The position numbers and the translations under genes were made by a program. From Schmidtea polychroa (Eukaryota): a stretch of 64,000 bases of DNA. Numbering within the stretch: the first letter of the stretch is position 1; each line of letters starts with the position of its first letter. Positions 30,588 to 43,500 of the stretch are shown here, one piece after another. The DNA is taken from positions 28,832,001 through 28,896,000 of the forward strand of contig CM097885.1 of assembly GCA_044892525.1 (NCBI GenBank). The letters are read 5' to 3'. Under the pieces are notes generated by a model, which was not told the origin of the DNA, did not search any database, and saw only the letters and a list, made by a program, of their open reading frames with translations.

Positions 30588-31405
30588 TGTTGGGTTTTTA
30601 ATGTAAGTCGGTACTACGGTCTGACTCCTTTGTGTTCTTTTCCAAATAAATAAATAAATAACCCAACACAAAATCTTTATTAACACTGATGCAGTTACAC
30701 TTTTACACTTTTTATTAGTTTACACACACTTGACACAATCCGGTTTGTCTGCACTTTTCAAATTGCCAACAAATCTCAACTTTAATATTTCCCTTTTCGC
30801 TCTCGTTACTTCGACTTTCTTTTCTTCGACCAACTGGCAGTTTTGTTTTCTTGCCAGTTGCTTTTATACCCACTTGGTAATTGACTTTATTTTTTGCCAA
30901 TTATTTTTGGTCTTACTTCCCCCCGGGCTTCCTCTTGGAGGTCTAATTCAATTTAAGGGAATTGGCTCATTTTCTTTGACGGCTCTTATTACTTTTATTT
31001 TATCCGGCTAAATAAATTGCCTTCCCAAAATTGGATTTCTCCGGCTGAATTAATTGCCTTCCCAAAATTGGATTTCTCAATTCGCTAGGGTTTTCCATTG
31101 TCTCGGGTTTCCCATTAGCTCGGGTTCTCCATTAGCTCGGGTTTTCCATTAGTTAATTAATTTTTAATTAATTTTTGTTTTTTTTGTAATTTATTCCTTT
31201 TAGGGACCCCATATTGATTTTATTTTATTATAGCTGAACTCGTCTCATTATTTAGCATCCGCCCATACCAGTTTCCCCCGGAAAATATTCATTTTTTAAA
31301 ATTTTTGATTTTTAAATAATATTTTGTACTTTAAATTTTATTTTGAATTTGGTGTTTTTATCAATTTTCACCTCATTTTTGTGCCTCTCTTGTTGAACCC
31401 CAACA
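30588..31405 (-). repeat. 5' LTR of the Gypsy element
   Basis: TGTTGGGG...CCCAACA inverted termini, adjacent PBS, similarity to the two solo LTRs. Confidence 0.88.
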
Positions 31406-34121
31406 CTTACATGAATAAAATAAGGCCAGATCCCTGCCAAATTTTTCTAAAGTCAATTTTAACTTTACTTTCGAGGAAACCCGAATCTCAGGGTGCTCAA
31501 ACTATTCCTGATTCACATGACTGACAGTCATTATAGCACTGTGTGGATATAGTAATAAAATAGTGTATTGTGTGTTCACGCTTTCAATTTGAGTGCATTC
31601 GTGAAAGATTTACAGCTGGTTGATATCGACTCACACCATGCATGAGAGTAGTTCATAAGGAAGCAGATCTTCCAAGGTTTGCGTCATTGGAGCATAGAGT
31701 AATGGGACATAACTGACGTCGGGCAAAGGTTCTCTATCGGCAGGGGTACACTCACTTTTCTCGAGTAATCCCCATTCAACACATTACCAACGTTGATCAA
31801 TCAACAGGTGTCGGATGGTTAAGCAAGTCATTGTATCTTGGGTTCCGTCGGAAACAACACCAACGGGCCAAATGTGGATTACCAGCGACATACCAATTAC
31901 AAACTGTTTTCAGTTCTCCGTTAATATATGTTAATATTTAGATTTTAATTCAATTAATCACATTTTAATTAATTTTTGATTAATTAATGATATTATTTAA
32001 GAATCTTTTTAATTCTTGATTATTCAACATTACATTAATTTTATGCAACTTTAATTAAATTTATTGTTAAAAGAAAATTTCAATTAGCCAATCCAAAAAA
32101 GTAACTTTTTACGAGAAAAACTGAAGGTTTATTATCCTAAAATGGACAAAATGCGTGTATTGATGTGAGGGATGTCAGAGATCGAAAGAGATATATTTGG
32201 AGTTCATATACAAATATATAAATTCTATACGATCCGCCATCGTCAAATTCAAAATTTTATGAAGCCCGGAGCATTGTGAAACCTCTGGGTTAATGCAAAG
32301 TTTAAGATTGTATCTAATTCATCCATAATAACGTAACAAGTTTGCTAATAAAACTCATAAACCGGATGCTTTATGTTCAGATTTTTTTAATCAGTTTTCT
32401 TGTAATGGCTATAGTGTCACATCCACTGCTCGATATCTCATTAATTGGTGTCAAGAACATTGTAGACCTAACAGAATGAGTAATATTTGTGAATATATTA
32501 AAGTTTGCTGAACAGAATTTGATATTGTTTTAGTATCTATTTAACGAAGTCAATTGTTATTAGATAATATTTTTATTAATTTAATTAGCGTTAGAAATAT
32601 CTTTATTATTATTTGTTTACATATTATTAAATGGTTTTGTTTACCTGGATGAAGGTCAAAAATTGAATTGAGAAATTCTTAAAACTAATCTAAACAACAC
32701 AGCAACAAATGTAAGCAACATTTTATTTCAAAAAGATTATATTCTGTTTTCAATGTAGGGCCTCTGACATTAAAATTAATAAATATATTAATTTAATAAT
32801 TAAATTTCAAATACATTGTTAAATTAATTACATTAAATTAGAATATTGTTTTAATATTCATATAATTTCAATCTTCTTCTTTCGAACAACGCCACCTTTA
32901 TTCAAAAAATGTATACAAAACATTGGAATTTTATCAATTTACTTGAAGTCTGTTTCCTCCGAAAATACGTCATTCCAAACAACCAATATTGCAACAAACG
33001 AAAGTTCAACTCGTCAAACAAACCACTGGATCGCTTCTATATGGAATTCATTATGGTAACAGCATCAATATTCCTATTCTTCATATGCTCGCACGCTGTC
33101 AAGAATGGGAGTTATATTAATTAAAATACCAGACACTTTATAGGAAGATGTAACATTCAATAAATATAGTGTTCCATTTAGTTTTATGTTCCTACAGTCA
33201 AAAGTAAATATTTGAGTGAGAATCAAAATGCCAGAGACCAGAAGTTGATGAAAGGAACTAATATGATTTTACAAACATGCATATTAATTGCGGTTTGACA
33301 ATTAATCGTAAGAGTTGAATTATATATAATCAGATTTTGTGAATTGTAATATCGATAATAAACTATTCTTTTGTTGAGTTTGCATTTAAATTTCTTAAAC
33401 ACACAGAATCAGATAGTAAACAAAAAATCAACAATTAGATTGAACAAATTTCATCTCTGACTTTTATAGAAATATTCAAAAGGCTCTCACCACAACTATT
33501 TGAAATATTTTCATTAAATTGACAGTTATGATTTCAATCTGTTAGATCCTAGCCAACTAAGAAACAGATGAAAGAAAATAAAAGTTGGTAGAAACAGCAT
33601 TTTAACGAATATGTTTGTAGTTTTTTCACCAATCAGAACCATGTTTCACAGGCTTGTTAAGTCTTACCAACAAATTAAGTTTCTAAATATTTTGTTTTAA
33701 TTTTCAAAAGCACAGAATCCTGATTTAGAGAAATAAAATCCACAAAACTCCTTAACTTTTAATTATATAAGTATTTCTGTCAGAGAAGTATGTCAAACCA
33801 AAATTAAAGGGGTCAGGGAAATATTTTCAAATGTTTTAATTTCAGTGTAAAGTTTAAATCACAACTTTTAAGTTAGTGCATTAAAACAAACATGAAATAT
33901 TTTAAATTTAGAAACATGTATTGATAAACAATTAGGTTTGATAAAGCATTTCATTTGTATTCTGCACGAGGAACTTTATTAATTAATACTTCATCAAATA
34001 AAAATTACATAAAATTATGCGATATTAGCTTAAATATCACTATAGAAATCATTCTTCAATAGTGAAATATATATATATATATTTCCTAGACTTTTCATCT
34101 GTATTTACATAAAATATAACT

Positions 34122-34203
34122 TTATTCTACAATTGGATTTTGCTCTGTAATTTTTAATTTTCTATCAAGTTGCATCAGATAGATATCCGGTATTCCAGCT
34201 TTT
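34122..34203 (-). CDS. CFAP45: CFAP45 (CCDC19) terminal coding exon
   Basis: ttttatag acceptor. Phase matches the exon ending at 53286, giving ELK|KAGIPDIYLMQLDRKL..stop, similar to the CFAP45 C-terminus (ELRATGLPEKY-type). Confidence 0.75.
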
Positions 34204-35019
34204 CTATAAAATAAATAAATTATACTGATAAAATTCACCTTTCTATCGTTAAAATATATTTAGAAATTATTTTGAAAAAGAATTTTTTTTGTTTTTTCCT
34301 TCATATTTGATTGGCTGTTGTAATCTTTTTTTCCAATTTTTCTTCAATATTTATTATTAATTAATATATTAATGTTAAATACGATAAATAAATAAAATAA
34401 ATTGATTACTTAACTCTTGATTGCTTAATTTTTAAATTTAACCTTAATTTATTAAAATTTAAAATTTACCCTTTTTAGTTACTTAATTTAGCCCTTATTC
34501 ACCAAATATTAGTAGATACGGTTGACAAATAACAACGACTAATTTCAATTAGTGACAAATCCAATCTTCTCATTTTCTATACTGATTTATATTAATATTT
34601 GAGAAACGATGCCACATCTGGTGTTTTAAATTATTCATTTTTATATTTAATATTCCTATTAATTTCCAATACTTTCTTCGTTCAATTATAAATATCTCTT
34701 CAAAAAATCAGAAATGTCAAACGTTATAAGCTTTATAACGGAAAGAATCCCTATTTTTAAATATTTACTTAAATTTTTTCATTCTTAATGTTAAATTTAC
34801 TGTATTCTACAACTTTATCACACTTCGATATCCCTTCACCTTGATTTTTAGTATAATATTTTCGGATCATGTCCATTATCTGCAACCTACAAGATACATG
34901 GATATTATCTGCCACCTACACGATATAGTTAGAGTTTATCCGACAAACTATTTTGTCCCTCTATGGGTATTAGTCACAAGGGTACTACTCATACTCAACA
35001 TGTCGCAAGAGTAATGTCT

Positions 35020-35559
35020 AAAATGGGAACAGAATTTTATAACAAAGTTTTTAAAAAATTTTTGCAAGAAAATGATATTATATTATATTCAACAGCAAAT
35101 GAAGCAGTCGTAGTTGAAAGATTAAATAGAACATTAAAAAATAAAATGTGGAAATATTTTACTGCCATTTGAAAACAAAAATGGAATAATGAATTATTAC
35201 AAAGGATGGTAAATGAATATAATAATTATGTACATGGCTCTATAAAAGAAACACCTTTAAATGCTTCTACAATCCCTGAAAGAGTTAAAGAAATAAATAT
35301 TGAAAATGATGTAGAAAAAGGTTTTATGATTTTTGATACAACACTTATAAAACCAAAGTTTAAAATTGGTGATAGAGTAAGAATATTTAAATATAAAAAT
35401 AAATTTGGAAAAGGATTCACAGCAAAATGGACAAATGAAATTTTTATTATAAATAAAATAAATCATACAATTCCAATGACATATGGTATCATCGATTTAA
35501 ATAATGAAGAAATATTGGGTATATTTTACAATAATGAATTACTGAAATCAAGTTTTTAA
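35020..35559 (+). pseudogene. Polinton retroviral-type integrase, C-terminal half
   Basis: GTEFYNK, VVERLNRTLK, YNNYVH.SIKETP, KPKFKIGDRVRI, KGFTAKWTNEIF. Confidence 0.9.
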
Positions 35560-35588
35560 CATTTTTCCAAAATTTTAAAAACAAGTTT

Positions 35589-36340
35589 TTAAAACCAGCT
35601 TTTCTGCCTCTCATCCCTTTCTCTATCCAAATAAATATAATTTTTTTTCCAATGATTAGCAACAAACACATCAAACATGTACTTCTCAGGTTCAACATTT
35701 GAAAATAAATCACTATAAATCATATTCTTGTCACGCTTATCTAATTTAAAAAAGATTAAACAATTGGAGTTGTTTCTAATTGAATTTTTATCCAAGGCAT
35801 AATAAGTTTGAGAGATGTAAATCACATTACAATTATTATGACGTCCTCGAGTAAAATAACTTTTTTAAATTTCTTGATTTTTCATATTTACAACATCAAA
35901 TATAACTAGATTCTTTTTATCTTTGGAAAGAAAATCACAATGTACTACATTTTCAGGTTTGTTGGAAAATAAAACTTGTATTGATTCATCACTAATATAA
36001 TCATTTTTATTAATAATATCTGACTCGAAAATTTCTTCCTTATAGCAATCAACCATATCACATGGATGATATACTTCTTTAGAACATCTATATTGATTTT
36101 AAAAATATCAATCATTCCTTTTTTAGTTAATTTATTTTCAAATCCATATTTCAAAAGGTGTAATTCTGGTTGGTTTATAGTTGTAGAATAAAATATTAAA
36201 TTATTATAATCTAAAAAACCATCCCAAGTAACATTTTCAAAACAAAGTACATTCTTTCCACACCCTGAAGATCCAACAATTAACAATCTAAAATTATCAG
36301 GAAAAATTTTATTATTAAATTTACTTTTGTGTCTTTTCAA
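35589..36340 (-). pseudogene. Polinton A32-like packaging ATPase
   Basis: Walker A IVGSSGCGK, Walker B LVIFD, TRGRHNNC..YISQTYY, IRNNSN. Frameshifted. Confidence 0.9.
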
Positions 36341-36377
36341 AAATTGGTTTCCAACTAGCCATTTTTATTAATAAAAA

Positions 36378-36716
36378 ATGACGACTGAAGAATCTCTAAA
36401 AGAATTAATAAATTCAGACAAAAATAAATCTGTAGTAATTGATGGCAAGAAATATTTTGTTACAAAAGACATCAAGGAGAAAGTTCGTGAGAAAATTAGA
36501 GAAGGTGGGATTTTACCGTTGGCTGCTTTAATACCAGCAATAATTGCAGGTTTATCTGGTGCTGCTGGAATAGCTGGAGGGATTGCAACTACAGTTCAAA
36601 AATCTAAAGAAGCTCAAAAAACTGAATTAGAAAAACAAAAATTACAACAGGAAATAAATCAAATAAAAGGTTCCAAGCTTGGAACAGGTTTATACCTTGG
36701 ATCCCTACAAAGGTAG
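36378..36716 (+). CDS. Adenovirus pX-like core/membrane-active protein
   Basis: EGG|ILPLAALIPAIIAGLSGAAGIA resembles adenovirus pX (GGILPLLIPLIAAAIGA). GxGLYL motifs follow. Confidence 0.7.
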   Translation: MTTEESLKELINSDKNKSVVIDGKKYFVTKDIKEKVREKIREGGILPLAALIPAIIAGLSGAAGIAGGIATTVQKSKEAQKTELEKQKLQQEINQIKGSKLGTGLYLGSLQR

Positions 36717-36938
36717 AGGTTTGAATGATTTTCTCAAAAATCAAATTTCATCACCTGAATTATCAACAAAAGAAAAAGATAGTTTAAAAAAAATATGCAA
36801 GTCTATGAAAAATGGTTGTATTTGTAAATCAAAAGATGGTAAAGGTTTATATTTGAAACCTTTTTCAATCATAAACCTGTTTATGACTGAAACCTTGAAA
36901 GAACTTTATTAGTAAAGTTTCTTTACTAATAAAGGAAC

Positions 36939-37840
36939 ATGTACCATAAAATGGTATATAAAATGGTATATAAAATGGTTAATGAAGAAAGGTTAGCTCT
37001 TTTAAAAAAATTACATGTTGAACAAGGCAAGTATAACAAAAATGATTTAAGTCAGCATACTGAATCCATAATTTTAAATGAATTAATGATGGAACAACAA
37101 CAACCAACTCTTAAAGCTTTGAAAGAATTAAAACCATCTTTATCCAACCACCCAAGAGAATTAGAACATAGATATTTAAAACCCAAAGAATTAGAATCAT
37201 CTAAAGATTTACAATTTTGAGATATGGAACCAATTGAATCAATTGAACAAGATGAACAAGCTATTAGTCCAATAGAAATTAATCGAGATATGAAACCATA
37301 TATTATTAACACAGAACCTAATAAAAATTAGACTGCAGAAACAATTAAACCAACTTTTTCCATTGAGAATGGATTTCAATTTATCACAATTAATAAACAA
37401 AGATTTCTATTGTATGATAATAATAGTGAACCATATATTCGTTCTAAAAATAGTTTTGAAGACCAACGTATAAATATAAAATACACAAAAGATTTGGATC
37501 AATTAATTAAAGGATATTCTTCAGATGATAAAAATGAAATTAAAATATATTTAGATTTAATAAAAATGGTGGGAGGTAAATCAAATGCAAAACATATACA
37601 GACTTTAAAGAATTATATAAATCAAAATGAAATGGGATATACTGTCAACGAAGGAAAAGAATGGATTCTATTAATGGAAAAGATTTTATTAATCTTTGTA
37701 TTCAACTAAGAAAATTATTAGCAGCAAAGAAAGCAGGTCATAATAATTTGAATGGTGATATTTTAAACATGTCTAAAAAATTATTAAAACATGGAATAAT
37801 TTCACAAGATAAATTTAATAAATATAAACGTAATTTAATA
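36939..37840 (+). pseudogene. Conserved Polinton protein ending in the LLAAKKAGHNN motif
   Basis: Fragmented ORFs. The same motif (LRKLLAATKVGH) occurs in the third Polinton at 57561-57803. Confidence 0.6.
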
Positions 37841-37997
37841 AATATACACTTAAAGTTTTTAAATTTTTTCCAAAATTTTAAAAACAAAACGACCGAGTAT
37901 TCAATATTGGATTTTTTAAAAACATTTAGAATTGATACAAAAACAAATTTTGATTTAAGACTATGCAAATTATTTAAATTCACCAATTAAAATATTA

Positions 37998-38330
37998 ATG
38001 AATGATGAATTGCACAAGATTGGTAAAACCAAGAAAAATAATATAATTATCAATTATCAAAACTCTAATGAAAAAGGATCTCCCTGGGTTGGGGTTTATA
38101 ATAAAATTATATATTTTGATTCTTATGGAATTAAACCAACACAAGAAGTTGAGGAATATTTGGGACAAGAATATATTTATAATACTTAACAAGTACAACC
38201 CGATAATACTAAAATATGTGGAATTTTGTGTTTATATGTTTTGTACAAATTAAATAATCTCGACAAACAAGAAAAAGAAAATATCAACAGAATTTTATAA
38301 ATATAATCCAAGAAATATATAATGATTTAA
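37998..38330 (+). pseudogene. Polinton adenain protease
   Basis: IINYQNSNEKGS.WV, YFDSYG, YNT*QVQ...ICGILCLY. Confidence 0.85.
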
Positions 38331-38403
38331 AAATATTATTTTGATTTATTTTGATATTAAAATCTATAAAAATGGAAGAAAGTTGAAAAAAATGGAAAAT
38401 ATA

Positions 38404-39149
38404 ATGTCTGATAAATATTCAAGAACCCTATTAATTAATTCTACCGAATCTGATTTTACAATAAATTTTGAAGGCTCCATAAATTTAAATCAGAATTTAA
38501 ATTATGAATTAGGATTATTATGATTTATTTGTTACAACACTGTTTTCAATATAAATATTAATAATAATAATTTTACTACAAGTAATGAAATAGGACAAAG
38601 AAAATTATAACAATTGAACCAGGGTCATATAAATTAATAGATTTAAATAAAAAAATTTTAAAGGAAACAAGTGGAAATGTAGAAATAAAAGCAGATTTTC
38701 CAACATCACAATGTATTTTGACAATAAAAAATATTACACTTAGTTTTGATAATTCTAGTTTCTTTCATACTATTTTGAGTTTTGAATCCAAAGAATATAG
38801 TGGTATTCCAAATATTGCAATTATAAAATCCACAAATATTATAAAAATAACAAATACAAATTCAATAAAGATAGAGTGTAATTGTATAACAAGATCATAC
38901 AATAATGGAAAACAAACAAACATTTTATATTCTTTTCCATCAAATACTGTTAGAGTGGGATACAAAATAATCGAAAGAATGAATCCTCCAAATTATTTAC
39001 ACTTGTGTAGAAAAAATATATGTAATATTAATTTTAAAATTGTTGATGAAAATGGACAAGTGATTGATTTTAATGGTGAAGAAATTTCATTTTATTTGCA
39101 TTTGAAACAGGTGTATATTTTATTTGCATTTGAAGCAAGTTTAAATTAA
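38404..39149 (+). pseudogene. Polinton minor capsid (penton)
   Basis: YELGL, YNTVFNI, IECNCITRSYNNG..ILYSFP, GYKIIE, IVDENGQVIDFNGEEISFYLHLK. Confidence 0.85.
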
Positions 39150-39166
39150 AAATTATTATTATAAAA

Positions 39167-40191
39167 ATGAATTATGCTCCTCATAATAAGTATGAAATAT
39201 ATAATGATGGATTAAATGTTGAACAAGTATTATCTCTTACAGAAAAGAAATATGTTAATGAAGGGGGTGATTCTATGAAGGGTGATTTAAAAATGAATGG
39301 ACACCAAATAAAAGAATTATCTTGGCCAATTAATGAAGGTGATGCAGTTAATAAAAAATATACTGATTTAACAACAACAAGAATTGAAAGTTCATTAACA
39401 ACAAAATTTGATTCAATGGGAACTACGGTTAATGCCTTGATAGAATCCAAAGTAAATTCTTTGATGGAATGCAAGCTTAATAATATTAATTCTTTGATGA
39501 AATATAAGCTTAATAATATCGAACAGCGATTTAATGAAAATTTATTAAGTTACAAAGTCAGTTAACTGAACAAGTTGTAAAATTAAATGCTGCCATATTA
39601 AATTCTACAGATAAACAAATTATGAATACTAAATTTAATACAATATATAAGACAATAAATGAGATAATTAGATCATTTAATAAAAGAGTTTCAAATTTAG
39701 AGTCTCACACAACACATATTAACCCTACACACATCATTAGAAAAAGAGCTGCTGAATTACAAGAGAATTATGTATCATTACCTAATACATATAAATATTT
39801 AACAGAGCCAATTTCAATAACAACAAATAGTAAAGAATGGTCTTGTTTAATGATTGTAAAAATTATTGATCCATATTTCTTTTTATTTACTGATGATGAC
39901 AATGATCAAACAATGAAATGGTTCGTGAAATGTGAGTATAATAGTAAGCTTAAAAATGATGATGTTATAATGACTAGTTATGATTTGTCACATGGGTATT
40001 GGCATGATAATACTGAATCGTATAAAACAAATAAAGTCAAAAATAAGAATATTAATTTTGCTAGTTCACTAGTACATTATATAGATTTAATATTTTATGA
40101 TAAAAGATTGATGCTAACGAGGTTCGTAAAGCGTTGTCCGAGTTGTATAAAGATGTGCTCACATCAAGACCATGTGATATACGAGTGTTGA
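39167..40191 (+). pseudogene. Putative Polinton fiber-like protein
   Basis: GGDSMKGDLKMNGHQIKEL..P....DAVNKKY tail-fiber-type motif, then a coiled coil. Located after penton. Confidence 0.55.
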
Positions 40192-40534
40192 TACCACACA
40201 GTAAAGTCTTATTTTAAGAGCGTTGATAAGATACTTGTACCAATAATTCTTGGAAGTATTTCAGCTGGAGATTTATTCTTGACTGAAGTTCTCTCTGATT
40301 CATACACTGCAAAAAAGAAAAGTTTATATCGTGAAGTATGTTCAACAATAGATATTGGAATAGCAAAATTAATTTTATTTCAATTAAAAGCTTTGGAAGA
40401 TGGAGTCTTGACGAATGATGAAATTTTAAAATCCAATAAAATAATTCAAGATATAAAAGATGCAAATCAAAAAAAATCAAAAAAAAAATGCACGAGAGAA
40501 ATGGTTAAAGAATAATTAAAACTTTTATATATAT

Positions 40535-43500
40535 CTAATGATATCTAATTCTAACTTTAGTAATTTGAACATCTGTTAAATCAAGTCCATATTTCGTATT
40601 ATATTTTTTTAATTTTTTAATGTGTGGAATTATATCACTTCCAAAAGGAATTGTATGAATTCCATTAGATAAAACATACCTTTTATCATCATAATTATCC
40701 AGCGAAGTTTTTAAAGATTCTTGTAGAAAGATGTCATGCTTATCAGATTTAATTTGGTGAACTATTTCTGCTTGTTTCTCAGATTCTGGTTTTAAACAAT
40801 CTATAAAATTTTGGTGTGTAATTTTTTTAGCTACACATTTTTGAATTCCTTAATTTCTATTTTCTTGACCTTGCTCTAATAAAAGAGAATATTGTTTTGG
40901 TCGAATAAATATTGCTTCACTTATTGGATTGTTGGGTTTCTCATCTTTAAAAGTAAATAATTTACCAGTTATATTTATTAATTTATTCAAGTTTTCATTT
41001 TCTAATATTTCCTTGTATATATCTGAAGAATAAATTCTTAAAAACATACTATCTGTATCCATTGCATGCATTGATATTCTATCTTGAAAATGTGGTTGTA
41101 ATACATCATAATAAGTTTCATACATTTGAAGTCTCGATAATTCTAAAATACTATATCCAATAAACATTGGCTTATTGTATGTTTTTTCATAATTTCCTAT
41201 TTCCACTGCAACTAAATTTCTTGAAAATATTTGTGTATTTTTAAATGTTGGTTTTGATATTATCCTATTATATTTTGCAAAATCCTTTTGACTGTTTGTT
41301 AATCAACTGAATCTTTGTATACTTCTCAATATTTTCCATTGTTTTTCCAAAGACTGAATTATTTAATAATTTAGACATGGTATCTCCAAATGCATCACCA
41401 GCTCTTTTATTCGCATTTCTCATTTCAATATTATGTTCAATATATTTTTTCATGAAAGGTTTCTGTTTAAAGCTTAAAATATTATGAACTTTGTCGAGTT
41501 TCATCCATGTCTGAGATAAAATTGTAAGAGTCTATAATGTACAAGATAATTTTGTTTATTTGTTTGATCACATAATAATTTTGTGCTAATAGCATGGAGA
41601 TTTTTCTTTTCCCATGGTGATAATTCATCTTCACTTATTTTTCTTTTTATTGGTGCAAATGGAAAATATTGTGTTTTGTGTTTTATATTATTTTGATATT
41701 CTAAATCAACTTCTAGAAAATATCCAATTTCGAATCCTTGAGTGTATTTAATATATTGTTTATTAATTCATTGGTTACTTCTTGCCATTCAAATGAGGAA
41801 ATTGGTAAATATTGTGTCATAATTCTTGAATACAAAGCTGTTGCATCAATGTATAAAATTTCACATGTATAAATTTTCACATGAAATAATATTAAAACAA
41901 TCTATTATTACATCAAATTCTTCTTTTGTTATTTATACGAAGGGTTCTGTTGCATCTTTCAACCATTTTGAATAAACATATTTTGAATTCAATGCAGTTA
42001 TGTATCTTTCACCCATTATGGAACTAATTCCACCACGAATACTATTTTTTGAACATGTTGAACATGTTGACATCAAATAATAATTCAATAGATTTGTTTG
42101 ATTCGGTTGTTTCACATTCCATACCATATAATATTATATCCCAAGCTAATGATGGTAATGTTATATAATTATAAGGTTTCAATGGAAATGTCTTTATAAA
42201 CTTTTCAAAACAATCTGAGAGAATATAAACATCTAGACTTAGATATACATCTGTATAATCACCCATGGTTTGAGAGTTAAATAATTCCCACATTTTTCTA
42301 GCCCGGGTATCTTCTTGTTCAGTTAAAATTGATTGGTTTAATATAGAATAACATTTTTCATGTGGGGGTAATTCAGTTTCTAAATATTTATCAAATGAAT
42401 CCATATAATCATATGGATATACTCCTTTTGCTAAACATGTTGGATATTCTTGTATTGGAATATTATATTTTATCAAAACATTTTCTGTTGTATATTTAAA
42501 ATCTTCACTTTTCATTGTTTTTGCTATCGAGTCTAAACTCATTTCAAAGAAATTTAGAGAATCTATGAATTTTAAACATCCATATTCTACACATTTATAT
42601 TTTTCTTTTGTTATGACGAAATTTTGAGCTATGACGAAATATATTTAAAATCTTGAAACAATATATGTAAAAACTTGAAACAATATATTTAAAATCTTGA
42701 AATAATATATTTAAAATCTTGAAATAATATATGTAAAAACTTGAAACAATATATTTAAAATCTTGAAATAATATATTTAAAATCTTGAAATAATATATTT
42801 AAAATCTTGACTAAAGTACTCTTCAATCGGATTTAACTGGGGGGAGTAAGGGGGTAAAAATCGAAAATTAATATTATTAGACTCCAACAGACTAATAACA
42901 GTTCTGGAATGGTGAAACCTATAGTTATCCATTATCAATACGTCATTCGGATTAGATCTAAAATGGCTCAACAACTTTTCCTCAATAAAACCACAAAAAC
43001 TTTCTCCGTTAAAAGCACCATCTTTGATTTCATAAGAAACTATTCCAGATTTCTTAATTGCCACCATACAACTGATATTAGTACCACGATTGCCTTTAAC
43101 GATTTTGTAGGCTTTTGAATTTTTGGGCGAGTAACCGTAGTTCCTGGTTTGATGCAAATTCAGTCCGGTTTCATCCGAAAAAACCAAATGATCATTCGAG
43201 ATAAAACTTGTTTCACGGGCGTATCTTTGCCTTAGATCGATATTTTTAGGGGTGTTTCGTTCCTTTGGAATTCTGACCAGTCGTTTCCGGGTATATTCCA
43301 TCTTTTTAAGTATTTTAGAAACAGCACTCGAGCACCCAGTTATTCCGGAGTGTTGCAACTCTTCGGATAGTTCGGGCTGGGTAAATGAGGCGTCTCTTTG
43401 TAAAATTTGGCTTATTTTGGATTTCACGACGGACAAATCTGCCATTTTCCTTCCTTTCTTCGGACCGCAGATTTCTTCGTCCGTTGCGCCGTCGCATAGT

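Larger units (their letters stand above)
22660..31405 (-). mobile_element. Ty3/Gypsy LTR retrotransposon with captured UBL, Bcl-2-like and envelope domains; integrase and 3' LTR lost
   Basis: 5' LTR, tRNA-Trp PBS, then gag, insert, protease, RT and RNase H, collinear on one strand. Confidence 0.93.

Noticed and set aside
32130..33124. Possible host exons or LINE fragments
   Set aside because: Stops in the frames examined and no recognisable motif.
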